In this document: positions 1 through 11,637 of the stretch, piece by piece
Layout: every line of letters starts with the position of its first letter
How positions within the stretch are numbered: the stretch's first letter is position 1
Assembly (NCBI GenBank): GCA_037447605.1
Contig: CM074807.1
Coordinates: 1,426,001 to 1,490,000 of the forward strand
Length of the DNA stretch: 64,000 bases
DNA from: Zygnema circumcarinatum SAG 698-1b
Lineage: Eukaryota > Plantae > Zygnematophyceae
Direction of reading: 5' to 3'
Position numbers and translations under genes: made by a program
The notes under the pieces: generated by a model
The model's database searches: none
What the model was told of the DNA's origin: nothing
Seen by the model: only the letters and a program-made list of their open reading frames with translations

Positions 1-2
1 TC

Positions 3-1639
3 ATGGCTACGCCGTGTATCCAGGCTGCTGCGGGACAGATATGGCTGCGGTCGGAGGCTTGGGAGGGAGGTCTTATATTGAAAGCTCCTTTGATGCAGAG
101 GAAGTTTGGTGAGGGGCTCCATTTGGAGGGTACACGACAAAGGAATGTGAGGCTTTCTTGCTCCAAGATTAGAACTTCTTCTCTAGAGAAGAGATTCACT
201 GCAGGTATTAGAGGAGGGAGGACGCGTGTGGTCCAAGAAGGAGCTTCAGAGGCTACCACTTTCTCTGCTCCTTCCGTGGAGGCGACTGTCGACAGACTGC
301 TGGAACTGGTACAGCAGCATTTCTGCTTTCTTTTTACTCTTTGTTACTCGGCAAAGGGAGCCCTACTATTCTGCTTTCAAGTGCTACTACTCGTGTGTTT
401 CTCACCTGCTGTAGGCAAGTTTACAACTCTGAGCTGGATTTTAGGGTTTAGGTTGCCGAAACTGACAGGGGAGCAGAAGCAGAGGAAGCGAGGAGAAAGG
501 AGGTGGAGCAGCTGATAGGCCAGCTGGAGAACAGGGGTCTGGACGAGCCTTTGAAGAGCCCGCTTGTGTTTGGCGGTGAGTTGCGGCCGTCTTTCAAATT
601 TCAACGCCCAACAATCCTGCCTTTAGTTGCATTAGCCTTCACTGCGAAGAATTTCTGGACATTCAGGGTCTCTCTGTGCAGCAGCCGAAGACCGCTTTAT
701 TGCTTGTCACGCTATTTTATTATTTTGTTTTTGAAATAAACGGTCGGGACCTGAGGATGCATCATGCTGGAACGTCAACCTATTGCAAGCTGGCGGAGGA
801 GTTACTTTAATCATTGTCTGAGCTTTGAATGGAGAGGACGGTTTATGCCGTTTGGTGTACCGAGTGTTCTTCTCAGTTTGTTCTTGTGCGAGTATCACTA
901 AGTCTTCTTGGAGCGATTTCATTCGATGCGCTGCCTTCTTCCATGTAGCCATCACTCCCATACTTGTCACGGGTAGAGCAAAAGGCGTGAAAGCTAAAAG
1001 ATATGGGATCTGCTGATGGAATTGCTATCATTTCTGATACGACTAATAGCATTTGGAATGAATTCACTGGTATTGCAGAATGGGACGTGGCATACACCTC
1101 AAGTCCTACAGCGGCAGGTGGCTATTATCGGTCCCTTCTCGGAAGATATATTTTGAAGACAGAAGAGTTAGTGCAGACAATCAGCGAGCCTAATAACGCA
1201 GGCAATCGGTTGGTCTTCCGAGCCTTTAATGTCATTCCAGGAGAAGTGACACTCCAAGGTATTTAGTCATGCACGTCCTTACTGCCCTTGGAGCTCTTGT
1301 TTTCTGTTGCGTGTCCCTCTGCTTGGGGGCTCGTCAGACGTGTATGGAATCAGAAACTACACAGCTAGCAAGCTTTTCCCTTTTATAGCAAAATAGAGGG
1401 GAAACGGAGCCACAGCATTTGACCCACACTTCTGTGTCTTGGTGGGTGTAGGTAAATTTGAGGCGTTGGATAGCAAATGGGTGAAGGTGGTATTTGAAAA
1501 GCCCACCTTTCAGCTGGGGCCCTTCAGCTTCAGATATGGAGGCATCAGCACTGTGCAGCTCTCTGTCACCTTCTTGGACGACCGTGTTCGCATTGGGCGA
1601 GGATCAAGGGGTTCCTTGTTCGTGTTCAAACGGAGATAG
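3..1639 (+). CDS. FBN6: Plastid fibrillin / PAP family protein (FBN6-like), 4 exons: 3-308, 452-575, 1079-1258, 1452-1639
   Basis: GT-AG joins keep frame: LLEL|VAETDRG...FG|EWDVAYTSSPTAAGGYYRS...QG|KFEALDSKW...TFLDDRVRIGRGSRGSLFVFKRR*. The C-terminus is typical of fibrillins and resembles Arabidopsis FBN6 (recalled). The N-terminus is transit-peptide-like. Confidence 0.85.
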
Positions 1640-2220
1640 TGATGGCAGGAGCCACCTCGAGCCCCTCTCTCATTGTGGGGTGGTTTGAACTTAACATGGT
1701 GGCGCCCGATCCCCTTCTTCGTGTGTGAAGTCACCAAATCGTTTGGAGGGTACTCCCCATGGAGCTCTGGGAGAGTCATTGTCATCAGAGTTTCGTTACG
1801 TTTTCTTATTTCCAGTAACAGCAAGTTTTGGCGTGATCTATTGTAAATGAGAGTGATTGTTTATTGTCAAGAGAAGTTAGTCGATGTGTATACGTTAGTA
1901 ATCGACGTAATCTAATCAAATCAATTTGAAGGCCGAATGGGGGCATGTGCGGGCTCCGCCTGTACTTTCAGCCTCCCTGAAGTTTGAGATGTGCAACCCA
2001 CGAGGAAAGGGCCATCATGGAGTAGAAGGGAAAGCTTGTCTGCTATTCTCACTGTTTGTAACGTGTACATGAACTACACCCTAGAATAAATTTGGGAATA
2101 AAAAGGCAAAACTAGGTTGTAGTTGAGCTGGAAGGTCTCGACTTCCTCATCGCCCTTCATCGTGGCTCCTCACTTTCTTATCCTCCACCATTTCATGCGA
2201 CACCCCTTCCTCGTGGTTCT

Positions 2221-2275
2221 CCATGCTGTGTTTGTCCATGTCCATGTGATGGCATCCCCATCGTGAGGTCAATCC
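2221..2275 (+). repeat. Dispersed intergenic repeat, copy 1 (related copies at 10309-10328 partial, 38636-38700 minus, 63083-63129)
   Basis: CCATG...TTTGTCCATG...GATGGCATC..CCATCGTGAGGTCAAT aligns to the reverse complement of 38636-38700. Confidence 0.65.
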
Positions 2276-2613
2276 ATCCACATCCATCCCTGGTTTGCAC
2301 GCAATCGAAGGATATACCCATTTTTTTTTTATTTTTTTTTTAACCTTTTTTTCCAACCGAGGATAGCGTGGCGGTGAAGCAAAAGTGTCTCCACATAGCC
2401 AATCGCGGATAAAGAGCGCACTATACTGTACGGCTCTCCCTCCCCTTCCTTTCGGAACAGAACAGGGGGCCGGCCATCCATCTCGTACCACAGACAGTCC
2501 GCGAGTTCCGAGGATGGGCATTAGGCCATCCTCGACCGCCTTCCTCGCTCTTCAAGGTTTCTGCGCGGGTTAGAGCTTCTGTGATGCCGTGAGTGGCCTA
2601 GGAGCATCCTGCC

Positions 2614-4084
2614 ATGGCGGCCCTTGTGCCTGTTATGCGCCTTCAGGCTCCTGCTGCTCGTGGGAGGAGCCTCCTCCTGAGTCCATCTTTGAAGAAAGTA
2701 GGAGGACATGTTCAGTCGAGGATCTCCTCATTGGAGTCAGTGGGGAGTGTGGGAAGCTTCTCGCGTTTCAGGGTTAGAGTTAGCCTTCCTGAGAGACCGC
2801 AGAATCACAATTTTCAGCATTTGATCGCTGTATGCTCCCAGAGGCGTCAAGGCAATAAGAGGAAGCGGAAAGATAAGGATGAAGGGGTTGAAAAGATGGT
2901 AAAGGTGGTGGTTACTGCAACAGCAGCTGTAGTTTCATCCGCACTTCTGGCTGCTACCGCAGTCCCTTTTATTGCATTCACTCTCACCATGTTGGCCACA
3001 TTGCCTCTCTTAGCGACAATCTTTGCCACTGTCATATTGCCCCTGATGGCTGTTTTAGGTTTCTTTAGTATTGCACAAACTAGTGCTCCCTGGAACCTCT
3101 TTCTACCTCTGGTTGTCTTCCGGTGGTTCGATACCCTCATATGTGTCATCCTGCTTTGCAACTTTTTGGGAGGCGCACTTTCCTTGTGGGAAAGGTTAAC
3201 GAAGCGCCGGAAGCCGCAAGTTGCTGAAAAATACAGGGACGACGAACTTAGCCGGCCAAGCTGGGCCTTTCCGACTATTCTGAGCTTCGTCCCGGGAGTA
3301 AATGGCGCAGCTTGGCTGCTTGCAAGTGTTGAAGCCTCAGAAGATTCCACGATCGTTCGTCGTGGTGTTCTTATAAAGAACGCGCTTCTCTACGGTCTAC
3401 CCACTTTGTGGCAAGTCATTCACTTTTCCCCCGTATCACAAGCCCAGGCCGGGTGGCTGGCTATGGTTTTAGGAGCAGTTCACTTTCAGATGGAACGGAT
3501 TCGCCTCGATGATGACATAGCATTTTTTTCCGCCTCCTCTCAGAACAAAACTGGAGGCAAAACTGGCAAAAGAAAATTGACTGAGGTTGACGAGGAAGGC
3601 CTGCGACAGTTGACAGAATTGGAGAGGTTCGATGCTCTCCTGCGAGAAAGGACAAGTTTTTCGTCAGGTTGACCTGAAACCCTTCTCTCTTTTGCTGTGT
3701 GCGATATCATCCACCTTTTTTCATGAGGAAGTAATGGTAAACTGGCTGACTGCTGCTCCAAATGCTGCCAGCCACTCTTTTCTTGTTTTCACAAAGTAGC
3801 CATGACGATCTTGCAGCTTCTAAGTCTACTATTTGTTTGCGTTTAACATGTTAGGTTTATCGCCGGAGGACTGGTCCACGGGCGATGTGATGAATTGGCT
3901 TAAGCAGGAGGGCCTTTCCCGCTTTGCAACAGTTTTTTCGGACCATGATATTGATGGGCTGCTGCTTCTGCAACTCACAGCGGAGGAGCTTCGAGATGAA
4001 CTAAATATAAGTAGTCTTGGGGAGCGGAGGCGCCTCTTGGCTGCAATTGCAAAGCTGAGAGAGGGACTTGAAGTGAGCAAATGA
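2614..4084 (+). CDS. Putative plastid multi-pass membrane protein, probably spliced (intron 3668-3854) to a C-terminal SAM domain
   Basis: 352-aa ORF with a transit-like N-terminus and several hydrophobic segments. ORF 3833-4084 is a clear SAM domain (WSTGDVMNWLKQEGLSRFATVFSDHDIDGLLLLQLTAEELRDELNISSLGERRRLLAAI). The phase-1 donor CAG|GTTGAC and acceptor TTAG|GT join the two in frame. Confidence 0.6.
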
Positions 4085-4925
4085 GGATGGGAGCCACCAC
4101 TTGAAAAAAAAGTTAGAGATATGGGCGAGAGCTTGCCTCTTCGCCGAACAGGGAATGGAACTGGTACTGGAGAGACCTAATTCACAGATCACCATTCCTA
4201 GTTACGGGCTTCATTGTATATAGTAAGTCAATTGTAAGTGGAGGGTGGCTCTGGTCGGCCTCACTTCGTTTTTAGGTCGTTTTCGTCATAAACCGTTGAC
4301 ATTATTGTTTTTTTTTTTCATCCTGTACAGCCCTTCATCTTGTTCAGCTCCTTTCAGTGGTTAAGGATATAGCAGTGAGTTAGTTAGGAGTACAATGGAA
4401 CTGCTGCATTCATTCTGCTCCATTCATTTTTTTAAACGAGTCGTGATCGCTGCCCTGTTCCTTGCATCGTTTCTCTGGTGCAGCATGAAGTTTCATAGTG
4501 GGAGTTAAAGGGGCTGTACGAGAAGGTGGACCTTCAGGTTCATTTTTTTACCGTGAAGCTGAACAGGTTGAGAAAAAAAGAAATTAAAGATTTTGGCTTC
4601 TTAAGAGAAAAAACTTTCAAAACCAGTTTCTCAAAAAAAAAACCCTATATTTGTGAACGGGATTCATTTTGAGAAATGAGAAATAAATTCGTAACTTTTT
4701 CTCTCAATTTTTATGGAGAACCAATTGAGCATTGAACAGTTAATTATCGTTCGTGTTCAATCGGAGTTTTCCTTGGGTCCACTGATCAACAATGAGATTT
4801 TAGCGGATCACAAAGCGTGTGGATCCGGGGTTCCGTACAGAAATTGTGATCGGCTCGCGGGATGTGCCGTACGGCAAAACTGGCTCTCGGATTACAGTAC
4901 GTACAGTACTGCATTCAGTACAGTA

Positions 4926-5386
4926 CAGTGGGGGGTCCTCATATTTTCCACCCTGTACAGTGCGCTCCCAAGAAATTCGCCCCGATTTTGCCGAAACCAC
5001 CTTTTTGTACGGTAACTCTGTGTTACCCGTACTATTTGTACTATTCGTACTATTCGTACTGACCGTACTATTCGTACTTGCTGTACTAGCCGTTACGGGC
5101 TTAAGCAAAACAAACCGAATCTTCCCGCACTTGCCGCCGTAAGAGGCGCTCGCTCCTCTCCCCTTTATCTTGGCTTCGATACGGCATAATACGATACGAT
5201 ACTACACGATACGTTACGATGCGTAACGATACGATACGGTATTATACGATACGATGTGTACGAACAAACATGAACTCTAACATAACACCGCCCGCCTATT
5301 GGTAACACGAACCTTATATTTGCAAAATCAATATTTTCGCCCCTTTTTGGCCAATACCATGGCGAAAATATGAGGACCCCCCACTG
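4926..5386. mobile_element. Tc1/mariner-like MITE (461 bp), TA target-site duplication
   Basis: Perfect 23-bp TIR CAGTGGGGGGTCCTCATATTTTC at 4926-4948 with its reverse complement at 5364-5386. TA on both sides (4924-25, 5387-88). No coding capacity; interior holds GTACTATTC and TACGA arrays. Confidence 0.8.
5177..5255. repeat. Degenerate (TACGA)n pentamer array inside the MITE
   Basis: Visible tandem acgat/tacga units. Confidence 0.85.
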
Positions 5387-5921
5387 TACAGTAACCGGAT
5401 CCCTCGAATTGCACGGACCCAACGTGGCAGAAAGTGGAATCCACAATTGCGACTGTACACATTGAGTCTTTGAACTTTTTTCTCAAACCTTTTCGGTTTC
5501 TTAAATCGAAAAAGTTTCGAACCTCGAGTGTTCAAAGTTCAACCCTATTCAATAAGATTGGGAATTGAGAAATTCAAGTAAACTCGTTTAACAATTTCTC
5601 AACCTATGCGGTTTTACGGTAATTATTATGAAGTTTTATGAGTTGTCAAAATCTAAAATAAAAATGTTCAAACAAGGAAGAAATATTGAATAAAAAAAAT
5701 ATATATATATATTGAATATTGAATTTTAATTGTTCATATGTTCATCTGGTAACTCGGAACTTTTTGGTTGAGCAGAACCAGATCATCACTAGTTCGACAC
5801 ATTACTGGCACTGCATCAGATTCAGATTCAGTTCCATCGGGGATTGGGATTCTGAATTCGAATGGGGGGCGGGAAATGGTCTTATTGAAACTAAATTTTC
5901 CAAGCAATACTACAGTGCCTT

Positions 5922-5999
5922 CCAACCGTTGGCGCTTGCCCAAACCATTGGTTGGTTCTCTCACCCAACCATTGATCTTGTGCCCAACCAATCATTGCC
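5922..5999. repeat. AACCATTGG-type motif cluster upstream of WRKY
   Basis: caaccgttgg, aaaccattggttgg, caaccattg and caaccaatcattg within 80 bp. Confidence 0.5.
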
Positions 6000-6355
6000 A
6001 GTCGTGTTGCTTGCTTGTCTCCGCTTGCCGTGGACCCGACCCTTCTTGTGCGTAAGTTTCGTACGGTACGGCCGCACGCCGTACGGGTCCAGGTCTGGCC
6101 GCAGGCGGAGGCGGGCTGACGCGCCCGGGGGGGCGCGGGGGAGGGCGGGGGCTGCCCGGCTCTCCCGGGGCGACACGCGGCGTGAGGAGGGCTGCCGGCA
6201 CACAGGCCACAGGCCATGGGCGCTGCTTTGCCCTAATTGTCGCGGGGGGTGGGGGGGGGCGAAGAGAGGGGGCAGGGGGGGGGGGGAGGAGGGCTGCTGG
6301 GTGAGAGGTTCTGGCATGGTGTGGAGATTAGGGCTGGAGGAAGGCTTTGACAGCT

Positions 6356-9300
6356 ATGGCGGCGGAGCAGACGACTAGCTCGGAGGCCCTGATGTCTGTG
6401 GCTATGGCGGCGCAACCTAATGGAGAAATCGTGGGACGGGAAGGCATCCAGTTTCCGGCGTTAGTGTCGGGGATGAAGCTGCTGCCGAGCGGAGGCAGCT
6501 TCGCGGACAGTCTTGCTGCTAGGGCGGGAAGTGCAGGGCACGCTGCAAGCATGCGGCTCTCTGCAGAGCGGACTGCGCGCGTCAAGGTTAGCCCGCCGTC
6601 TCGCATTTTGACTCCGCAGGCGCGACCTGGTGCCTGCCTCACCATTCCGCAGGGAGTCTCTCCTTCAGCTATGTTGGATTCTCCTGTGCTTCTGCCGACC
6701 AATCAGGTGAATTAATACGCTATGCAAGTGCGTTGCTGCCCCTTTTTTTTGGAGTTTGGGTTTGACAGGATATGACAGGGCGGATACCCTCTCCAGTAGC
6801 ATGCTCTGCTTGATCATGGGATAGCAATGTGGGAAGAGCTGTTCAGTGATCGATTGGCTGCCACTGTTTATCTGCTATACAGGCCGAGCCATCCCCAACC
6901 ACTGGCACTTTTCCCTTGCCTCCCTTCTTCAATGGCGGCGGTGTAAGAGCCATTGCTTCGTCAGAGTCTATGAGGGACAGAGCTCCGGATGATAATGGCC
7001 AGACAGGCTTTGTTTTTAAGCATTTCACTCCAACCGCTGCGCCACGCAGCTCACCCCTCTCTGGACTGGTATGTTGTGCGCACCTTGTCAACCTGTTAAA
7101 ATAGGTATTGTTTTGGGGTTTAAACACCAAACTTGTGGAACATGCTACCTGGATTCTGTATTTCAGGAGCTAAAGAGTGAAGTGTCTTACACGCTTTTCG
7201 TCGTTTATAGCCTGTTGGCTACGAACTGCAGTAGGGTGCATGGACATATGAGTTAGTGGTGATGTACATATAGACGTAGGTTTTTCTTCTTGATGTCAGA
7301 CGGCACGTGCAAAAATCCTTGTTCACGTTCTGTCGTTTTTCCTTCTGCTCTCCTCGCCCTCGTCCTATTGCAGCCGCCTTCAGGTCAGTATCTGGCAAAT
7401 GCTGCAGCTGTTCCGCGAGTTCCAGGAGCACCACTTGACGATGATGGTTATGCAGCCCCATCATTGATTGAAAAGCCTGCTGAAGATGGATACAACTGGC
7501 GTAAATATGGACAGAAGCAGGTGAAAGGCAGTGATCACCCTCGCAGTTATTATAAGTGCACACAACCCGGTTGCCCAGTGAAGAAGAAGGTCGAGCGGTC
7601 GGAGGATGGACAGGTGACTGAGCGAGTCTACAAGGGCATGCACAACCATCCTCAGCCGATGCCTTCTCGCAGAGTGTCAGTGCTGCACCCTTCATTGCCA
7701 CTCTCTGAAAAAATGTCTGATGTCAACGTGACGGTGGCGAAAAGACCAGCAGAAAGTCTCCCACGTGACGGGACAGATGCCCTCTCATGGGGTTCTCGTT
7801 GGCCGGGAATTGGGGTGACACCTGGTCACGGAAAAGAGATACAAAGTGGGGTTTCAGGGATTAGTGATCTTGGACAGAATGTGGGGAACCAGAAAAGAAA
7901 GCTGGGATCAGGATGGATTGGAGAGCAAGCTTCAGATAGTAGTGAGGATGTAGGAGAAGATGATGGGTTGGGTCATAAACCGGGCGCGGATGAAGAGCAA
8001 CAGGAGGCGGATGCCAAGAGAAGGTATGCTGCACTGCTCAGGTTGTTCCCTGTCGGGTTTTAGGTTCTACGAATAGAAACAGACGTATCTGGACTCGTCT
8101 TCATCCTCATGGTCGTCCTAAAGGTCTCACCATGGCTAGAACATTATTGCCGAGGTAGTGCTGAAGGTTTCTAGTAAAGTAGCCGTTAGGTTTGTTTCTG
8201 GTGACTTGTAACGTTGGCCAATCGCAAAATGGACTCTGGACATTGAACAACTGTCTTTGACGAGGCCACTGGAATGGAGTGCATATGGAGGGATTGATGT
8301 GCAGTATTTTCCAGCATTGACATGGACACCTTGTTTTGGACACACTGTGAAATCAGGAAGTTGGAGAAGCGAGATGCTCCTGCTGCAGTACCTGCTGCAC
8401 AGAAGTCCATTCGTGAACCAAGGCTGGTTATTCAGGCTACAAGTGAAGTGGAGATTTTGGATGATGGATACAGATGGAGAAAATATGGGCAGAAGGTGGT
8501 GAAGGGCAATCCGCATCCAAGGTGAGTGTTGCTTGTATATGTCAGCTCCTGAAGTGACCTGCACTACCCCCCCCCCCCTTTTTTTTTTTACAGTTGATTG
8601 CTGTTCTTGGTAGATGTTGGCTCGTCATGCTGCGGGGAGGACAGGAGTCTTGGTCAGTCCAGAGAATCTCGGAGAGGCCAAGTGGCAAAGTGCACAAGAA
8701 GCAGGAAAAAGCCGCCATTAGTGCCAAATTTTCTTGATTTAGGCCAGGTTTACATGTCACAGTTGGAGAGAATGGAAACAAGGTCTGGCATGTTGGTTCA
8801 AGAAACCCAGTTCTCAATAGATGCAAGCAACTTGGAGCACTTTTTTTAAAAGAAAACGATGCCGCAAATAGTACCTGCTCGTCCTCTTTCCTGTAAAATT
8901 AGTAATGGAAAGGAGCAGCATTGGCTGACGTTGCTTATTTGGATCACTCCTCCCAATCCGGATTGGCCAAGCAGGCAGCCTGTCTTACATAATTGTTGTA
9001 AGCACAATGATTTTTAGAAATCCTGGTGAATCTGACAGAACTTCAGACTTCCAACTAAACCAATGAGAACCTGATGATCCTAAAGCTCTGTATTGTTTGA
9101 GATGGTGGGAGGTTTCTGTTTGGTAAAAAACTGTCTAGCTTGTTCAACTTTCTCTAACACAAAGCCTTATTTGTGGATGCCCAGTCTGGCGAGTTCGTTT
9201 CACTTACTAAAAAGTCTCCAAACACCTGAGCTCATGGGCAATTCTAAAGTGCTGATTTGCTGGTTTGTGAATCTTGCAGGAGTTATTACAAGTGCACCAG

Positions 9301-9796
9301 TGTCAACTGTCCCGTCCGCAAGCATGTGGAGAGGTCTTCTCTTGATCCGAAGGAAGTGATTACAACTTACGAGGGCAAGCACAACCATGATGTGCCGGCA
9401 CTTCGAATGAAGGACGAACAGAACAAGGAGGCAGGAAGTGGAGGGGCTGCGGGGACTCCAGTGAGCGGAATCAGCCCATCCAGTACTGGGGGGTTACAGA
9501 CGCCATCGTCTCTCCCTTCTGAAAATAACAATAATGACGAAGGAAAAGAAGAGCCGGGTGAATATGGGAGATTGCTGGAGGGTCCAGAAGGCGAAGCTGA
9601 GTTGGCTTCAGTGGCAAAGGATGAGGTATCCACCATGAGCACTCAAAGCTTTGGCTCAGATGGAGGGAGATTTGGAACGCCACCACCAGATGGAATGCGG
9701 AGGCCTAAAGTAGAAGCTGAAGGTGCAGTGAATGCTGCATTCCCAGAAGTTGCGGCCAATTCAAATAGTGCACTCATCTCCTCAGCAGCACAGTAA
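6356..9796 (+). CDS. WRKY: Group I WRKY transcription factor (two WRKY domains); exons 6356-6706, 6883-7068, 7374-8023, 8357-8521, 9280-9796
   Basis: Two WRKYGQK motifs with C2H2 fingers. SP-cluster motif [19 protein letters not shown]...[10 protein letters not shown]. Conserved PR|SYY intron in the C-terminal domain. Splice phases are consistent. Confidence 0.95.
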
Positions 9797-10992
9797 GAGA
9801 CATTTAGCAATTCGCCCTTTTGAGTGGGGTGGAAGAGCGTCATAAGTTCACCTTTATCAGGGACCTTTTTTGTATCCTTTAAGCCGCCACACTGTATATT
9901 GGCTCTGGGAAAACGGCCTCCCCTTTTTAAAGCTAGACGCACTCGTCCAAGTCAAGCTCAGGTTCGTGTATATGTTAGTTAGCAGTTGAGCTGGCAGGGT
10001 CAGAATCCTGGCCACAATTCAGACGCTCGTGATCAGAACATTTTCGGGCTGTCTATCCCATAACAACCACAATCCTCCCTATCTAGGGCAGCTAAGGGGG
10101 AAATAATGTTGGCTGAGGTTGCCTCGTTTTTTAAAGATAAAAACTCATAGGTTTTCAAGGCGGCTGTGGTTAGAGTCTGAGGCGTGCCGACAACGTCTCT
10201 GCAGTCAACCATTCCGCGTTTTCTTCTGACAGACACTGAGCATGCCCCTGCTTCTCACATCCCCATGCGGGTCATGCTCATCCGTATGGTCCCTTGACTC
10301 GGGGACTTCCATGTTGTTGTCCATGTCCGTCCCCATGTGTGCCCATGGGCAGGCCTGTTTAAACTAGTAAATTTAGATATTCTAATGTGGGTACAGTAGA
10401 AGATTGAGAGCCGTTGCTGTGCTAGTTTAATATTCACTTCTACTGTAAGTAACTTCGAAGTATGTCCGCTCCATATGCGACCAAGTTCGTTCATTTATAC
10501 CTTGATAACTCATCGTCGCGCTATAGTCAGTACTACGGGTTCGGGGTGCCTTTTAATTCTCGTTAGCTTGGTCTCCTACTCCCTCTCTCCCTGCCTTCGC
10601 AACCCTTTCCGCCAGCACATGCCATGTACACGGGCAAATGTGGTATACGACGCCCATCGTTTGTTGACGATGGATTTTCTTCGGAGATAAAGCTTTGCAT
10701 CTTGGGATGGCGTTTCGGAGACTTTGGATCCAAGATCATCTTTTACTTATGTATGGTCACTTCTTGGAGTGAGATTGTTCTTCGTCTTATATAGCCACCC
10801 ACTTCCCCGCTGCCCACGTAATATGCGCTCCAGGCCTGCATCATTCCCCAGTACCTTATCATCGTCCTTTCACGCTTTCAAACTCAAACCTCGATGGTTT
10901 CAACAGGCACCTCTTGTCGCTGGAGTGCTTTCCATTGCCGGTACGCGTGTCAACCATTTTTCTAAAGTCCACTCTACTATAGCGCACATCTC

Positions 10993-11190
10993 AAACCATT
11001 GGAACAATGGAATGGTTGAAAACCATTGGCTCTAATGGTTGGTAACCAACTAGCCAAACCATTGGTAGGTGGAACCAACCAAACCATTGCCAGTGGTTGC
11101 AACAATTCATCGGCGGACCCCCCAGCCATTGCCAATGGTTGCGAACCATTCTCTACCCAACCACTGCCCAAGAATAGCTAGCCAATGTTT
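10993..11190. repeat. Array of about 10 AACCATTG/CAATGGTT units in alternating orientation upstream of NdhS
   Basis: Directly visible repeated aaaccattgg and aatggttg motifs. Confidence 0.7.
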
Positions 11191-11637
11191 GCGTATGTAA
11201 TGGTTTCCACCCATGCACTTGTGCAATACTTCATTGTCCCTAAAACGAATATATCCGCTGAGTTCCCAATGGCAGTGCCTTGAAATGGACATTGTAAAGC
11301 CCAATGTGCAGCCAAACCCAACAGGAGAGTGGGTTTGTTCCTCCCAGCCTTGAAGCCCAGGCCCGGCTAGGCCCGAGTGCATGTGCATGATGGCCCCCCC
11401 CGGTTGCAGTTCGGATGTCCGGTCACATGCGAGCACCTGAACCTGCCCTCAAAACGGAGCCACAGAGAGCGCCGTGAAGGTGCGGCCCACAGCGCTCCGC
11501 TCCTTTCCGGCCCGCCCGCCGCCCTTCTTGGTAGAGCCCCGGCCTGCTCTGACCTGTTTTCCGCGTGGGAGAGAGAGAGAGAGAGGGAGTGAGAAAGAGA
11601 GTAAGGGGCGAGGAGAGATTAGGCTGCTGTGGTTGCA

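Noticed and set aside
4565-5605. 11-bp inverted match AGGTTGAGAAA (4565-4575 and 5595-5605) suggesting an outer element around the MITE
   Set aside because: Short, in AT-rich DNA and without a TSD; plausible by chance.
8953-8966. 14-bp perfect palindrome CCAATCCGGATTGG in a WRKY intron
   Set aside because: About four such palindromes are expected by chance in 64 kb.
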